From assembly GCA_964419405.1 (NCBI GenBank), contig CAYQPI010000075.1:16958-80957 (forward strand): 64,000 nucleotides of DNA. The letters run 5' to 3'. Origin of the DNA: an uncultured Flavobacteriaceae bacterium (GTDB taxonomy: Bacteria > Bacteroidota > Bacteroidia > Flavobacteriales > Flavobacteriaceae). The position numbers and the translations under genes are program-made. Positions 39,238 through 49,938 of this stretch are shown here, one piece after another; the stretch's first letter is position 1; each line of letters begins with the position of its first letter. Under the pieces are notes generated by a model that saw only the letters and a program-made list of their open reading frames with translations, ran no database searches and was not told the origin of the DNA.

Positions 39238-41037
39238 TTAAATATCGTCTCCCCGAAGTTTTCTGTAATGTTTTCTGGCATCTACCAAATAAATACTCGA
39301 AGGATACTCAAAAAGAATTTTTTCAAACATCTCTTGTGCTTTTACAGAATCTTCAAGGTGATCTCTGTACAGGATGCCTAATTTGAAAATACTATCATCA
39401 ATAAGCAAGCTCTCAGGATGAAAATTTAGAAGGTCGAGTAGGTTCTTTTCAGCCATGTCGTAGCTTTCAAGCGCTATATAATAATTGGCTTGTGTGAACA
39501 AGGCATCGTCTTCAATCTTTTGACCCTTGTATTGTTGTAAAACAAAAGAAAGACTGTCGATGGCCTGTTCAAATTTCTTTTGAAAACCGAGAAGTTCAGA
39601 TGTTGCATATATTTTCAGACCCTCATTCAGACTGTCTTTATCCATATTGTTGGATATTTTAAGACTCAGTTCTAAGGCATCATTTGCTATCAATTGAGAC
39701 GTAGATGACTTTAATACTTTTAATTGATTCTGCGCCCAGCTAAAGTCACCTTTGAAATAAGAGGTTCTGGCTACTTTGAATCTCGCCTCCTGAGCGAGTT
39801 GACTATTCTTGAGGTCATATTGTATTTGCGTATATAAGATCAAGGCCTGATTAAACTGATCTGTGAATACCAGTATGTCAGCAATTTTCATTTGAATAAT
39901 TCCTTTTTCAAATTCCGAGGCGGCATCGGCTAAGATGCTTTCAAGATTATTGATAGCTTTTTCGGGTTGATCATAATCGAAGGTGAGAAAATCAGCAAAA
40001 GACAGGTGTAATTCTAATGTTTCTTGTCCTTTTCCGTATTTGGCAATCAGTTCATGGTATTTTTGCTCAATAGTAAACTTGTCTTTTTTGTCTTTAACGG
40101 CGATATTTTCAATTTTTAAAAGATAAATTTCTGCCAGTAATTGACTTTCGTTATCCAAAACAGCTTCTTCGCTTTTTGACAACATATACTCAAAGGCATC
40201 TTGACTTGTCGTATAATCTTCATTGTTATAGGATAGTATACCAATTTCTTCTATTCTCGCCAGACTTCCGGGTTTTCTTTTAAATAAGGATTTTTGCTGA
40301 ACCAAGGCCTTGCGATAATCGTGTTCTTGCATAAACAGCCAGCTCAATAAAATGTTCCAACTGTCTTTGGGATCTGTTTGAGCCCTTTTGAGCAATAGTT
40401 TTTTGAATAAGAGGTTGTTGCTGTTGCTTTTGTCGTCAGTGATGAAATTTCCTGCGTATCGCTGAACAGTCGAAAAGTAATTGACATTTTTATCTACCAG
40501 GTCGAGGTATAAACTAAACATTTTCTCCAGTTCACCTTTCTCTCCGTAAATCTGTGCCTCACTTATTTCGGTATTTAATTTTGGATTTAACTCTTTGGCA
40601 ATTTGATAGCAGCTTAAGGCTTCATCCAGTAAGTGATTCTGTCTAAAGGAGCGACCTATCATAAAGACAAAGCTGGGATTTTGGCGAACGAATTCAATGG
40701 TTTGATCATAAAATCCTTGGGCCAGCTCGTTCTGGCCTTGCAATTGATGATTATAACCTAATTCAACAAATAAATAAACCTGTTCAGGGAATCGCTGAAC
40801 TTGATTTTCGATCAAGGCCTGTGCAAGGTCGAAAGAATCGATCTGTTGATAACAGGTCAGCAAGGCCTTAAAATAGTCTTGCCGTATCGGATTGTTTTCT
40901 AAAAGCGGTTTATATAACTCGATGGCTTTTTCGTATTCACCCTTCCTAAAATAGGAATTGGCCAGTTCAGCACTTTGCGTATGTCCCTGAAAAGAAATAA
41001 AGAGAAAAAAAACAATGAAAAGTGCTCTGATGTCCAT
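39238..41037 (-). CDS. Exported tetratricopeptide-repeat protein
   Basis: Signal peptide, multiple TPR-like helices, C-terminal YPSSIY..ARKHYRKLRGD. Confidence 0.85.
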   Translation of the reverse strand: MDIRALFIVFFLFISFQGHTQSAELANSYFRKGEYEKAIELYKPLLENNPIRQDYFKALLTCYQQIDSFDLAQALIENQVQRFPEQVYLFVELGYNHQLQGQNELAQGFYDQTIEFVRQNPSFVFMIGRSFRQNHLLDEALSCYQIAKELNPKLNTEISEAQIYGEKGELEKMFSLYLDLVDKNVNYFSTVQRYAGNFITDDKSNSNNLLFKKLLLKRAQTDPKDSWNILLSWLFMQEHDYRKALVQQKSLFKRKPGSLARIEEIGILSYNNEDYTTSQDAFEYMLSKSEEAVLDNESQLLAEIYLLKIENIAVKDKKDKFTIEQKYHELIAKYGKGQETLELHLSFADFLTFDYDQPEKAINNLESILADAASEFEKGIIQMKIADILVFTDQFNQALILYTQIQYDLKNSQLAQEARFKVARTSYFKGDFSWAQNQLKVLKSSTSQLIANDALELSLKISNNMDKDSLNEGLKIYATSELLGFQKKFEQAIDSLSFVLQQYKGQKIEDDALFTQANYYIALESYDMAEKNLLDLLNFHPESLLIDDSIFKLGILYRDHLEDSVKAQEMFEKILFEYPSSIYLVDARKHYRKLRGDDI

Positions 41038-41185
41038 ATGCTGTAAAAATATACTTATTTCCGTAAAAAAGGTGATTATCTAATTCGTAATATTAAATAA
41101 AATTATTAGTAGACTCATAATTAATGGAGCTATTTTGTCAGAATTTCTAAACATTGTTAAAGTTTTAATAAAATAAATAATAAAA

Positions 41186-41212
41186 TGTAACGTTATCTAA
41201 AAACATCAGTCT
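41186..41212 (+). promoter_or_regulatory. Putative ECF-sigma promoter (TGTAAC-N16-AGTCT)
   Basis: AAC and GTC cores 17 nt apart, about 40 nt upstream of the small ORF. Confidence 0.45.
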
Positions 41213-41250
41213 TAATAGTATAAGATTTCAATAACAAAAACCTAAAGATT

Positions 41251-41385
41251 ATGAACGAAGTAAAAACATTTTACGAAAGAGCAAAGCAAAGTGCAAAGAA
41301 CCATATGAAAAATGGTCAGATCAATGATTATTTGAATGATTTGTTAATCATGAATCACTACAAAAAATTGATGGACGCTGCTTAG
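41251..41385 (+). CDS. Small hypothetical protein, 44 aa (MNEVKTFYERAKQSAKNHMKNGQINDYLNDLLIMNHYKKLMDAA)
   Basis: Manual translation. A-rich leader, amphipathic two-helix pattern; fills the TPR-serS gap. Confidence 0.7.
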   Translation: MNEVKTFYERAKQSAKNHMKNGQINDYLNDLLIMNHYKKLMDAA

Positions 41386-41413
41386 GATCCGAATTAGTTC
41401 ACATCAAAAAACA

Positions 41414-42688
41414 CTAATCGATCAAATCAAAACCGGTATACGCCTGAAGTACTTCAGGTATTTTAATACCGTCTTCAGTTTGGTAATTCTCTAAAAGTCC
41501 GGCCAAAACTCTGGGTAAAGCCAGCGAGCTGCCGTTTAAAGTATGTGCCAATTGACTTTTTCCATCTTTATTTTTAAAACGCAGTTTTAAGCGATTCGCC
41601 TGGAATGTCTCGAAGTTAGATACAGAACTAATTTCAAGCCACCTGTTTTGAGCTGTTGAAAAGACTTCAAAATCATAGGTCAATGCAGAGGTGAATCCCA
41701 GATCAGCCCCGCAAAGTCTTAGTATTCTAAAGGGAAGTTTTAATTCCTGTAAGATACTCTTGATATGTTCGACCATACCATCAAGGGCCTCGTAAGATTT
41801 ATCAGGATGTTCAATTCTTACAATTTCCACCTTGTCAAATTGATGCAGTCTGTTCAGCCCTCTTACATGAGCTCCATACGAACCAGCTTCCCTTCTAAAA
41901 CAAGGAGTATAAGCAGTGTTGCATATAGGAAAATCACTTTCCTTGAGCAGTACATTTCTGTAAAAGTTGGTCACCGGAACTTCGGCAGTGGGAATCAGGT
42001 AGAGATTATCGGCTCCTACATGGTACATTTGCCCCTCTTTGTCAGGAAGTTGTCCTGTTCCAATACCAGAAGCTTCATTGATCATTAAGGGAGGTTGAAC
42101 CTCCGTATACCCAGCTTCAGCATTTTTATCTAAAAAATAAGCGACAAGAGCGCGTTGCAACTTTGCCCCTTTCCCTTTGTATACAGGGAATCCTGCTCCG
42201 GTAATTTTATTACCTAGCTCAAAATCAATGATGTCGTATTTTTTGCAAAGTTCCCAATGAGGCAGAGCTGCATCGTGAAGTACAGGAATGTCTCCTTCAG
42301 ATAACACTACTTCATTATCCTCTTCAGTAGTTCCTGAAGGCACCAACTGATTTGGGATATTTGGAATCTGGTAAAGTAATTCATTCAAAGATCCTTCAAG
42401 TTCACTTAAAGAATCAGACAATTTTTTTGACTGCTCCTTTAAAAGACCTGTTTTCTCTTTTGCCAGGTTTGCTTTTTGAACTTCCCCGGCCTTAAATAAT
42501 TTCCCTATTTCTTTTGAAATTTTATTGCTTTCTGCAAGAACAGCGTCGAGCTCAGCCTGTACAGACCTTCTTTGTCGATCTGTATCTAAAACTGAGTCGA
42601 TCAAGGTTTCAGCATCTTTGAAATTACGCACTGAAAGTCCTTTAACAACAAGCTCTTTATTTTTACGAATGTAGGGTAATGATAACAT
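41414..42688 (-). CDS. serS: Serine--tRNA ligase
   Basis: GTGQLP, LIPTAEV, FRREAG, EISSVSN and HTLNGS motifs. Confidence 0.97.
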   Translation of the reverse strand: MLSLPYIRKNKELVVKGLSVRNFKDAETLIDSVLDTDRQRRSVQAELDAVLAESNKISKEIGKLFKAGEVQKANLAKEKTGLLKEQSKKLSDSLSELEGSLNELLYQIPNIPNQLVPSGTTEEDNEVVLSEGDIPVLHDAALPHWELCKKYDIIDFELGNKITGAGFPVYKGKGAKLQRALVAYFLDKNAEAGYTEVQPPLMINEASGIGTGQLPDKEGQMYHVGADNLYLIPTAEVPVTNFYRNVLLKESDFPICNTAYTPCFRREAGSYGAHVRGLNRLHQFDKVEIVRIEHPDKSYEALDGMVEHIKSILQELKLPFRILRLCGADLGFTSALTYDFEVFSTAQNRWLEISSVSNFETFQANRLKLRFKNKDGKSQLAHTLNGSSLALPRVLAGLLENYQTEDGIKIPEVLQAYTGFDLID

Positions 42689-42707
42689 AGTCTATTTTTT
42701 TGACTTG

Positions 42708-42715
42708 CAAAGATA
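42708..42715 (-). promoter_or_regulatory. -7 box (TATCTTTG) for serS
   Basis: Exact TAnnTTTG match followed by CA. Confidence 0.65.
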
Positions 42716-42741
42716 AGTAATGCTAATGGAAGTAGGAATGC

Positions 42742-43677
42742 TTATTTGAGTTTCATAAGCCAATTTCTTGCAGATTCTTCATCTCGGGTAATTTGTGATG
42801 CGAGCTCCTCTATTGATTCAAATTTTTTCTCGTCTCGAAGACGCATTAAAACTTCTATTTGCATCGAACTGCCATAGAGATTATCCTGAAAATCCAAAAG
42901 GTGAATTTCAATGGTTTGCCCTTTGCCACCTACCGTAGGCCTGTATCCAATATTCATGATGCCATGGCTAGATACCTTATTGAAATTTGCCAGAACCACA
43001 TATACTCCTCTTTTAGGTATTAGTTTATAATCTTCAGCAATATGTAAATTTACCGTTGGGAAGTTGATCTTTCTGCCAATGCCCTGTCCTTTAACGATGG
43101 TTCCGGTGAGGAGATAATTATAGCCCAAATACTTGTTTGCCTTCTCCATTTCTCCATTCTCTAAGGCTTTTCTAATTTTTGTTGAACTTACGGAGACGCT
43201 CTCAATTTCCTGGGCAGAAATTTCCTCTACCTTAAAATCATATAATTCACCGTATTCAGAAAGTTGTTCAAAATTTCCTTCTCTATTTTTTCCAAAATGA
43301 TGATCATAGCCAATAACAAGTTTTTTAATATTGAGTTGATTGACTAAAATATTTCTCACAAAATCCAGGGCAGTAAGTCTTGAAAATTCCTTGGTAAAGG
43401 GTTCAATGATTAAATCATCCAGACCAAAACGCTCCAGCAGACAGATTTTTTCTTCCATGGTGGTAAGCATTTTGATATCATTGCTATGATCTAAAACCAT
43501 TCTTGGATGAGGATAAAAGGTCAAGATCATAGATCTTTCAACATCTTTGGTCTTAATTTGATTTAGACGTTCAATTATTTTTTGATGGCCGATGTGAACT
43601 CCATCAAAAGTTCCTATGGTAAGTACTGATGACAGCTCTTTGTGATCAAAATTTTTTAATGCTTGATGTACCTTCAC
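42742..43677 (-). CDS. ribF: Bifunctional riboflavin kinase/FAD synthetase
   Basis: GTFDGVHIGH, VSSTKIR, FPTVN, NIGYRPT and RLRDEKKF motifs. Confidence 0.97.
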   Translation of the reverse strand: MKVHQALKNFDHKELSSVLTIGTFDGVHIGHQKIIERLNQIKTKDVERSMILTFYPHPRMVLDHSNDIKMLTTMEEKICLLERFGLDDLIIEPFTKEFSRLTALDFVRNILVNQLNIKKLVIGYDHHFGKNREGNFEQLSEYGELYDFKVEEISAQEIESVSVSSTKIRKALENGEMEKANKYLGYNYLLTGTIVKGQGIGRKINFPTVNLHIAEDYKLIPKRGVYVVLANFNKVSSHGIMNIGYRPTVGGKGQTIEIHLLDFQDNLYGSSMQIEVLMRLRDEKKFESIEELASQITRDEESARNWLMKLK

Positions 43678-43689
43678 TGAACCTGTTGT

Positions 43690-44211
43690 TTAAAAATTGA
43701 TATTTTCATCTATTTGATGGATGATTTGAGGTACTTTATTGATTTTAAAAGAAGCTTTTACCTGCAAATTGCCAGAGGAATTAAAAAGAAACAGACTGCC
43801 CTCTTTTACAGGAAAATATCCCATGCTTCCCTTACAGTAACAGATGCGGCCAAAGGTCATTTTAACATCTTGCAATTCACTGTCCTTTAGTATAACCTGT
43901 TTATTGCTCGGGTCTATTTCAAAATAGACATATTCAGAATAATTTCCATCTGACGTGTTTTTAATTTCACGTCTTTTGTAATGATATTTGATGACCATCT
44001 TATCTCCTTTTATAATCTCAGGATAAAGCTTTCCGGTACTGTCGTATGAAAGTTTAAGATTTGATTCTTTGAACACCTCAAATGAACAATTTCCATCTTC
44101 AGGGCAATTGATATGTGGTGGAGGTAAGGCATCTTCACCATGACTTGAAGTTCTCTTGTTTGTTGAGCAAGAGGTGATTAAGAGAAGTAGAATGCCTAAA
44201 AAATATTTCAT
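43690..44211 (-). CDS. Hypothetical lipoprotein
   Basis: Lipobox ITSC; Cys motifs CPEDGNC and FGRICYC. Confidence 0.7.
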   Translation of the reverse strand: MKYFLGILLLLITSCSTNKRTSSHGEDALPPPHINCPEDGNCSFEVFKESNLKLSYDSTGKLYPEIIKGDKMVIKYHYKRREIKNTSDGNYSEYVYFEIDPSNKQVILKDSELQDVKMTFGRICYCKGSMGYFPVKEGSLFLFNSSGNLQVKASFKINKVPQIIHQIDENINF

Positions 44212-44296
44212 TTTTCAATCTAAAGACTAAACCATATAAATTTCACATGCTAATAAAAAAGTTCATAGTTTTGTTTTATCCATCAAAAAGTCTTTC

Positions 44297-47002
44297 ATGA
44301 GAAAAAGAAACTTTAGTTTTTTACTATGTTGCATGTTCTTCATTGTTCCTTTTCTCAATGCACAGCAAGCTGAGATGTGGTCACAAATCGATGATGCAAA
44401 AATAGGTAATTCAAAGTTTCAAAGGAAGGTACAAACTGAAAAATATAAATCTTATCATCTTCATCTAAAAGATATAAAAAACAGATTGGAATTTGCACCT
44501 GGTCAGATGTCCAACCTCAAAGAATCCAGTCTTGTCATTTCATTTCCAAATTCAAAAGGAGAACTGAAGGAATTCAAAATCAAAGAATCGCCGGTATTGA
44601 ACGCCGCTTTGGCAAAAAAATTCCCAAATATAAAATCGTATACCGGCCGGGCACTTCACCACCCCTTTGAACGTCTTTCATTCAGCATAAGTGAATTTGG
44701 CTTACATGCGATTATGATAGAAGAAGATGGCGCTACAATTGTAGAGCCAGTTGATCTCAGTCAACAGAAATATATGGTATTTGCTAAGAACAATACTGAA
44801 GTTGCGGCGAATTTTAATTGTGCTACTGAAGGCCTTGATGATCTGGGTTCAATGGCTCAAAAGGCAGCTGTGACCGAACAAAATGGAATGAAAACCTTTA
44901 GGCTGGCCCTGGCCGTGAATGGAAATTATGCACAGTATCAGCTGAGTGAGTTTGGTTATACAGGGAGTGATCAGGAGGTTCAGATCGCAATTATTATGGC
45001 CGAATTGGCAAACATAGTCACAAAAATCAATGCTGTGTATGAGCAGGAGTTAGCCATAAGGTTTGAATTGGTGGCAGAGAACGATCGAATCATTTTTCTC
45101 GACCCTGCGAATGACCCCTATAACAATAATAATTCTGATGAAATGTTGACTCAGAACCAAAATACGCTGGATAAGATCATTAGTTCGGATAAATATGATA
45201 TTGGCCACCTATTATCAACCACCTCGAATGCGGTTGCAAGATTGAGGTCGGTTTGTGTGGATGGGATAAAAGGGCAGGGAGTAAGCGGCATGCAGAAACC
45301 CAAAGGTGATGTTTTTTATTATGATGTTGTGAGCCATGAATTTGGGCATCAATTTGGTGCCAATCACACATTTAATGGAAATTACGGGCAATGTGGGGGT
45401 CAAGGTCAACTAGTTGCGAAAACGGCTGTTGAACCAGGTAGTGGCTCTACCTTAATGGCATATGCGGGTGTATGTTCAGGGCAAAATATTCAAGAAAATA
45501 GTGATTTGTATTTTCATGGAACAAGCGTAGAAGAGATCAAGGACTTTCTAAATTCAGGAGTTCGTTTTACTTCTCCAGTCGCCATGAAAAACAATATACA
45601 TGTGCCGGTTGCAGACGCAGGTGAAGACAGAGTTATCCCAAAAGGAACTGCCATTAAGTTAACTGGAAAAGGCTCTGACAAGGACCGAGATGTATTGACC
45701 TATTGTTGGGAGCAAATAGATGCAGGACTTACCGCCGTGCCACCCATAGAGACTGCCACACGAGGAGCCTTGTATCGCTCCTTGAAGCCTCAATTAGATT
45801 CAGTACGCTATTTACCTTCCTTAAAAACCCTTAGGAACAATTTTTTGAATTCTACCTGGGAGGTTACCCCCAGTGTTGAAAGGGATTTAAATTTTCGCCT
45901 TACGGTCAGAGATAATAATGAAGAAGGGGGTTTTCAGGCTTCAGATGATTTAACCTTGAAAGTTTCGGGCAATGCAGGGCCATTTATGGTGCTTTCCCAG
46001 AATGAGACCAGTAAAACTTGGATACCAGGAACCAAAGAAATGATTAAATGGGATGTGGCAGGCACTGATTCCAACGGTATTAATGTGACAAAAGTCAATG
46101 TGCTTTTGTCAACCGATGGTGGGTTAACTTATCCGACCACCATCGCTTCTCAAGTAGATAATAATGGCTTTTATGAAATTACGGTGCCCGATCTAATGGC
46201 AGAACAATGCCTGCTTATGATAGAGGCGGTTGACAATGTTTTCTTTGCGGTGAATTCTAAGTTTTTCTCAATAGGTGATTTTGAAACGTTTTGTAATTCA
46301 TATGATGCTACCGACATTCCAAGAGAAATTGTTTTTGGCAGCACCAATACTGTTAATTCCTTACATACGATAAAAGAGGATCAGATCGTAAAATCGCTTT
46401 CTGTTTCGGTTCGTTTGAAGCATAGTTTTATCAGTGATCTTTATTTGAGTCTCGAAAGCCCATCAGGAACCAGGGTGGATTTATTGAAGAACCCTTGTGG
46501 AGATAAGGATGAAGACATCGATGTGATATTTGACGACGAAGGTGAAACGATGTTGTGTGCATCAATTGCTCCAAGCATTTCAGGCAGGATAAGATCTCAA
46601 TCTAATTTATCTCAATTTTACGGTGAAAATGCAAAGGGCACCTGGAAATTAATTGTTGCTGATCTGGTCGAAGGAGACGATGGAGTTTTAGAGACATGGG
46701 GACTTGAAATCTGTAGTTCTGAGGCGGTTTTAGAAACAACTCCTGTAGATCTCGGTGAATTTAAGGTGTTTCCGAACCCTAGTGAAGGCCAATTTCAGAT
46801 AAGCTTTTCAACAGATGAAATTGCGCCGGTTGAGGTGACCGTGCATGACCTTTTGGGAAGAAAGGTATTTGATAAAGTGTATAGGTATATTGGATCAAAT
46901 TTTAGTGAAACCATTATAATAGAGGGGTTTTTGCCCGGAATTTATATTCTAAAAGTTAAAAATGGGTCTCGTATTTCTGTTGAAAAGTTAAGCTTAAATT
47001 AA
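44297..47002 (+). CDS. Reprolysin-like (M12B) metallopeptidase with P-domain and T9SS C-terminal domain
   Basis: Signal peptide, prodomain, HEFGHQFGANH zinc motif, Met-turn STLMAY, P-domain (GTWKL) and CTD VFPNP. Confidence 0.92.
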   Translation: MRKRNFSFLLCCMFFIVPFLNAQQAEMWSQIDDAKIGNSKFQRKVQTEKYKSYHLHLKDIKNRLEFAPGQMSNLKESSLVISFPNSKGELKEFKIKESPVLNAALAKKFPNIKSYTGRALHHPFERLSFSISEFGLHAIMIEEDGATIVEPVDLSQQKYMVFAKNNTEVAANFNCATEGLDDLGSMAQKAAVTEQNGMKTFRLALAVNGNYAQYQLSEFGYTGSDQEVQIAIIMAELANIVTKINAVYEQELAIRFELVAENDRIIFLDPANDPYNNNNSDEMLTQNQNTLDKIISSDKYDIGHLLSTTSNAVARLRSVCVDGIKGQGVSGMQKPKGDVFYYDVVSHEFGHQFGANHTFNGNYGQCGGQGQLVAKTAVEPGSGSTLMAYAGVCSGQNIQENSDLYFHGTSVEEIKDFLNSGVRFTSPVAMKNNIHVPVADAGEDRVIPKGTAIKLTGKGSDKDRDVLTYCWEQIDAGLTAVPPIETATRGALYRSLKPQLDSVRYLPSLKTLRNNFLNSTWEVTPSVERDLNFRLTVRDNNEEGGFQASDDLTLKVSGNAGPFMVLSQNETSKTWIPGTKEMIKWDVAGTDSNGINVTKVNVLLSTDGGLTYPTTIASQVDNNGFYEITVPDLMAEQCLLMIEAVDNVFFAVNSKFFSIGDFETFCNSYDATDIPREIVFGSTNTVNSLHTIKEDQIVKSLSVSVRLKHSFISDLYLSLESPSGTRVDLLKNPCGDKDEDIDVIFDDEGETMLCASIAPSISGRIRSQSNLSQFYGENAKGTWKLIVADLVEGDDGVLETWGLEICSSEAVLETTPVDLGEFKVFPNPSEGQFQISFSTDEIAPVEVTVHDLLGRKVFDKVYRYIGSNFSETIIIEGFLPGIYILKVKNGSRISVEKLSLN

Positions 47003-47063
47003 TGAGTCAAAGCTGCACTAAAATCATTAGTTTTGTATTTCTTCAATAATAAGCGGTAAAAAA

Positions 47064-49817
47064 ATGGTTAAGACCCCTGTTAGATTTTGTACTTTAATAC
47101 TGATTCTTTTTACAAGTACACTTTTTGGACAACAGAAGAATCTTTGGTCAAGAATGACTGAATCTGGTATTAGAAAGTCTGATTTGCAAGGTGATAGGAA
47201 TGTTTCGAATTATAGTACCTATGCACTGGATTTAGAAAGCCTAAAAAATGAATTAAAAACTGCACCAAAGAAAGAATCGCTAGTCCATAAATCATACAAA
47301 AAGCTTGTTTTCCCAGATAGTAAGGGGAGAATGGTCACCTATTTGGTTAAAGAAGCTCCGGTAATGGATGCTGAGTTAGCCAGGAAATATCCAAATAATA
47401 AGTCTTATTTGGGAGTTTCCGAAAAAGATGGTTCAAAGCGTATTCGATTTAGTATCAATGAGTTTGGCTTTAATGCCATCATCAGGGATATAGATCAAAG
47501 CGTGCAGTATATTGAGCCATTAACCAAGGATAAGAAAAAATATAAACTGTTTTACCGAAATCAACTGAACAAGACAAATCAATTTGAGTGTTTGACAGAA
47601 AATCAACAAGCGGTTTTTAAGGCCAGTCAAGCATTGAAATTAACAGATGATGGAAAGTTGAGAACGTACAGGTTGGCATTGGCGGCAACAGGTGAGTATT
47701 CTCAATTTCATATAGCAGAGCAAAATGCGGAGAATAAAACTGATGAAGAAAAGAAAGCCATTGTGCTATCTGCAATGACTACAGCGATTACCCAGGTGAA
47801 TGCGATTTATGAGAATGATTTAGCCATAGCACTTTCTTTGGTCGGAGATAACGATACATTGATTTACTTAGATCCAGATACAGATCCTTATACGAATTTG
47901 AACGGGAATGTACTATTGCAAGAAAATCAGAATAATTGTGATGCTGTAATTGGCTCTGATAACTACGATATTGGTCATGTGTTTAGTACAGGTGGAGGCG
48001 GTGTGGCAACACCTGGAGTTGTTTGTCGAAGTGGAGTGAAAGCCAGGGGGACCACGGGGTTACCTGAACCCATAGGTGATTATTTTTATTATGATTATGT
48101 GGCTCATGAAATGGGGCACCAGTTTGGTGCAAATCATACCTTTAACGGAGATGAAGGAAATTGCGCTCAGGACGGCCAGCGATATGAACCAACGGCTGTT
48201 GAGCCAGGGAGTGGGTCTACCTTAATGGCCTATCCAGGACTCTGTGATGGACAAAACGTTCAAAGTAGTGTCGATCCCTATTTTCATGTGGTGAGCATTG
48301 AGGAAATAAGAGATTATGTTACATCAGGTCTTGGTGGAGACTGCCCGGTAGAGTCTAATCTTATATTTAATGCACATGCACCAGTTGCCGATGCTGGTGA
48401 AGATTTTTTGCTACCCATAGGTACACCTTATAAGTTAAGTGGATCAGGGAGCGATTTGGATGGAGACCAATTAACATATTCCTGGGAGCAGGTTGATAAT
48501 GAGATTACTGTGGTCCCACCTGTTGGTACTTCAGTTGTAGGCGCCTTATATAGATCACATAAGCCATCTATAGATCCTGTTAGATACATGCCGAGATTAA
48601 CAACTTTAGTGACAGGAGAGATTTCTTCAACATGGGAAGTTACACCACTTGTTGACCGTGAGATGGATTTTGTGTTTTCTGTTCGGGATAACCATATAGA
48701 AGCGGGTCAGGTAAGCACAGATGATTTAAAAGTTACGGTGACCTCAGCGGCAGGACCCTTTGTTGTGACTTCTCAAAATACAGAAGATCTCGTTTGGACA
48801 TCCAACACTCAGGAGATGATCACCTGGGACGTCGCCGGAACAGATAGTAACGGAATCAATGTTACTGAGGTCAACATACTGTTATCGACAGACTGGGGAA
48901 AAACTTTTTCAACAGTACTCGCGTCGAATATACCTAATAGTGGTTCACAGATTATTAATGTTCCGGATATAAAAGGATCACAATGCTTTATTATGGTAGA
49001 AGCCATTGGCAATCATTTCTTTGCGATCAATAATAAGTCATTTTCTATAGGCGAGTTTAATGAGGTGTGCAATATTTATGCAGCAGCTGACACGCCTGTT
49101 GCTATTCCGGATAATTCAAGAGAAGGAGTCACTTCTGTAATTACAGTTGCTGAAAATGTAGATGTCGAAGATATAACAGTTCATTTGATCCATAAAGACG
49201 ATCCTTCCAATGGAGGGGAAGATAGTATTGGAATCTCACATACCTATTTAGGGGACCTTGCTATTACTTTGGAAAGCCCTGAAGGGACTGTGATCGAATT
49301 GATTAGCAATGCCTGTGATGCAAGAGAAGATATTCAGGTGGTGCTTTCGGATAATGGAGATGTATTATCTTGTAATTTTTCCAGTCCTGGGATATCAGGA
49401 ACTAAAAAGCCAGTAGACGCACTGTCTGTCTTCAATGGCGAAAATGCCCAGGGGAACTGGATTTTGAAAGTGGTGGATGGCGCAGCTGATGATTTTGGTA
49501 ATATAGAAGGCTGGAGTATTGAGGTATGCAGTTCTGAGGCTATTCTTGGGGTGAACAATTATGTGTTTGACGAGTTTACGGTATTTCCAAATCCATCGGA
49601 TGGGGAGTTCACAATTAAATTTCGATCTGAAGAGATCAGTGATGTGGATGTAATGATCTATGATTTATTAGGTAGGAAGGTCATTCAGAAAACCTTTAGG
49701 GATCCTTCTGCCAGTTTTGAAGAAACCTTAGACATTCAGGGAGTTAGTGGAGGAATTTACATGCTAAGTGTCAAAAGAGGAAATAAAATGTCTTCGCATA
49801 AAATAAGAATCAAATAA
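47064..49817 (+). CDS. Second reprolysin-like (M12B) metallopeptidase with P-domain and T9SS C-terminal domain
   Basis: HEMGHQFGANH, STLMAY, GNWILKV and VFPNP; collinear with the upstream paralog. Confidence 0.92.
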   Translation: MVKTPVRFCTLILILFTSTLFGQQKNLWSRMTESGIRKSDLQGDRNVSNYSTYALDLESLKNELKTAPKKESLVHKSYKKLVFPDSKGRMVTYLVKEAPVMDAELARKYPNNKSYLGVSEKDGSKRIRFSINEFGFNAIIRDIDQSVQYIEPLTKDKKKYKLFYRNQLNKTNQFECLTENQQAVFKASQALKLTDDGKLRTYRLALAATGEYSQFHIAEQNAENKTDEEKKAIVLSAMTTAITQVNAIYENDLAIALSLVGDNDTLIYLDPDTDPYTNLNGNVLLQENQNNCDAVIGSDNYDIGHVFSTGGGGVATPGVVCRSGVKARGTTGLPEPIGDYFYYDYVAHEMGHQFGANHTFNGDEGNCAQDGQRYEPTAVEPGSGSTLMAYPGLCDGQNVQSSVDPYFHVVSIEEIRDYVTSGLGGDCPVESNLIFNAHAPVADAGEDFLLPIGTPYKLSGSGSDLDGDQLTYSWEQVDNEITVVPPVGTSVVGALYRSHKPSIDPVRYMPRLTTLVTGEISSTWEVTPLVDREMDFVFSVRDNHIEAGQVSTDDLKVTVTSAAGPFVVTSQNTEDLVWTSNTQEMITWDVAGTDSNGINVTEVNILLSTDWGKTFSTVLASNIPNSGSQIINVPDIKGSQCFIMVEAIGNHFFAINNKSFSIGEFNEVCNIYAAADTPVAIPDNSREGVTSVITVAENVDVEDITVHLIHKDDPSNGGEDSIGISHTYLGDLAITLESPEGTVIELISNACDAREDIQVVLSDNGDVLSCNFSSPGISGTKKPVDALSVFNGENAQGNWILKVVDGAADDFGNIEGWSIEVCSSEAILGVNNYVFDEFTVFPNPSDGEFTIKFRSEEISDVDVMIYDLLGRKVIQKTFRDPSASFEETLDIQGVSGGIYMLSVKRGNKMSSHKIRIK

Positions 49818-49938
49818 TCACAATTCACATTTTTAGCCTACAATTTTTGTTTTTTTATTATTTTTTGTTAAAAATTTAGTGAAATTCGAAAATTATTGTA
49901 CTTTGCTGCTTTCTTAACTTACACAAATTATTTTTTAT

